Shown piece by piece: positions 63,783 through 64,000 of a stretch of 64,000 nucleotides of DNA (position 1 is the first letter of the stretch; the number at the start of each line of letters is the position of its first letter). This DNA is from an uncultured Lachnospiraceae bacterium (GTDB lineage Bacteria > Bacillota > Clostridia > Lachnospirales > Lachnospiraceae): the NCBI GenBank assembly GCA_900542015.1, contig UQLY01000013.1:7961-71960 (forward strand). Reading direction: 5' to 3'. The position numbers were made by a program, and so were the translations under genes. Under the pieces are notes generated by a model, which saw only the letters and a program-made list of their open reading frames with translations, did no database searches and was not told the origin of the DNA.

Positions 63783-64000
63783 CGCGAGTAGCGAGTCGGG
63801 CGACGCGAAGCGTTGCCGTATCTGGAGAGAATATCTCACGTATGCTTGCATACAGTGAGATATTCTCTCAGGATACGAGGAATGCCGCAAGGCATTCGAC
63901 GAGCACCGCGACACTTGGCATTTCACAGAGTGAAATGCCAAGTGTCGTAAGATGCAAAACGAGTTAGGCACGCGAAGGAAGACTTTTACGCATACAAAAA

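Noticed and set aside
63734-63967. 77-aa ORF (and the antisense 69-aa ORF) at the window end
   Set aside because: There is no RBS, the composition is dominated by the hairpin palindromes, and it overlaps the leader terminator. It is most likely non-coding structured sequence.

Overview
This 64-kb window is a low-GC Firmicutes (Clostridia-type) chromosome segment of mostly housekeeping genes with conserved synteny. In order: the ssb tail, rpsR, gdpP, rplI and dnaB (+ strand); a small ferredoxin and a pyruvate formate-lyase locus (- strand); mecA; sporulation and cell-wall genes (a GH18/SH3 hydrolase, a CwlD-like amidase, a SleB-domain protein); tsaC/sua5, rpiB, upp and dCMP deaminase; a complete F0F1 ATP synthase operon (atpZ, atpI, atpB, atpE, atpF, atpH, atpA, atpG, atpD, atpC); a decayed patch (frameshifted MerR, truncated PLP enzyme); an operon of a methyltransferase and a large membrane protein; a queT cassette with a zinc-ribbon gene; prs; dnaI-like and dnaD-like replication genes; murC; glgC, glgD, spoVG, ddh, pth and mfd; a ~9.7-kb insertion between mfd and spoVT carrying two sensor-kinase systems, a glycosyltransferase and plsY; spoVT; an orphan FtsX-type permease; pncB; and an MFS transporter. 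No rRNA, tRNA, CRISPR array, transposase or phage gene was recognised. The most unusual structure is the pfl locus. The PFL catalytic body ends at an in-frame TAA. A degenerate copy of the glycyl-radical domain follows in the same frame. An intact 80-aa glycyl-radical domain is then encoded separately, with its own strong RBS and terminator, upstream of pflA. Other observations are a family of about 145-175-bp palindromic, MITE-like repeats flanking the queT cassette, a possible preQ1-I riboswitch on queT, a DnaA-box cluster upstream of the dnaD/dnaI-like operon, LytTR-type direct repeats upstream of an AgrA-like regulator, several frameshifted or truncated genes, a 3 x 28-bp tandem repeat, and a promoter-driven T-box-like leader followed by a hairpin-rich region at the window edge. 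Coordinates derived by hand may be off by 1-2 nt.
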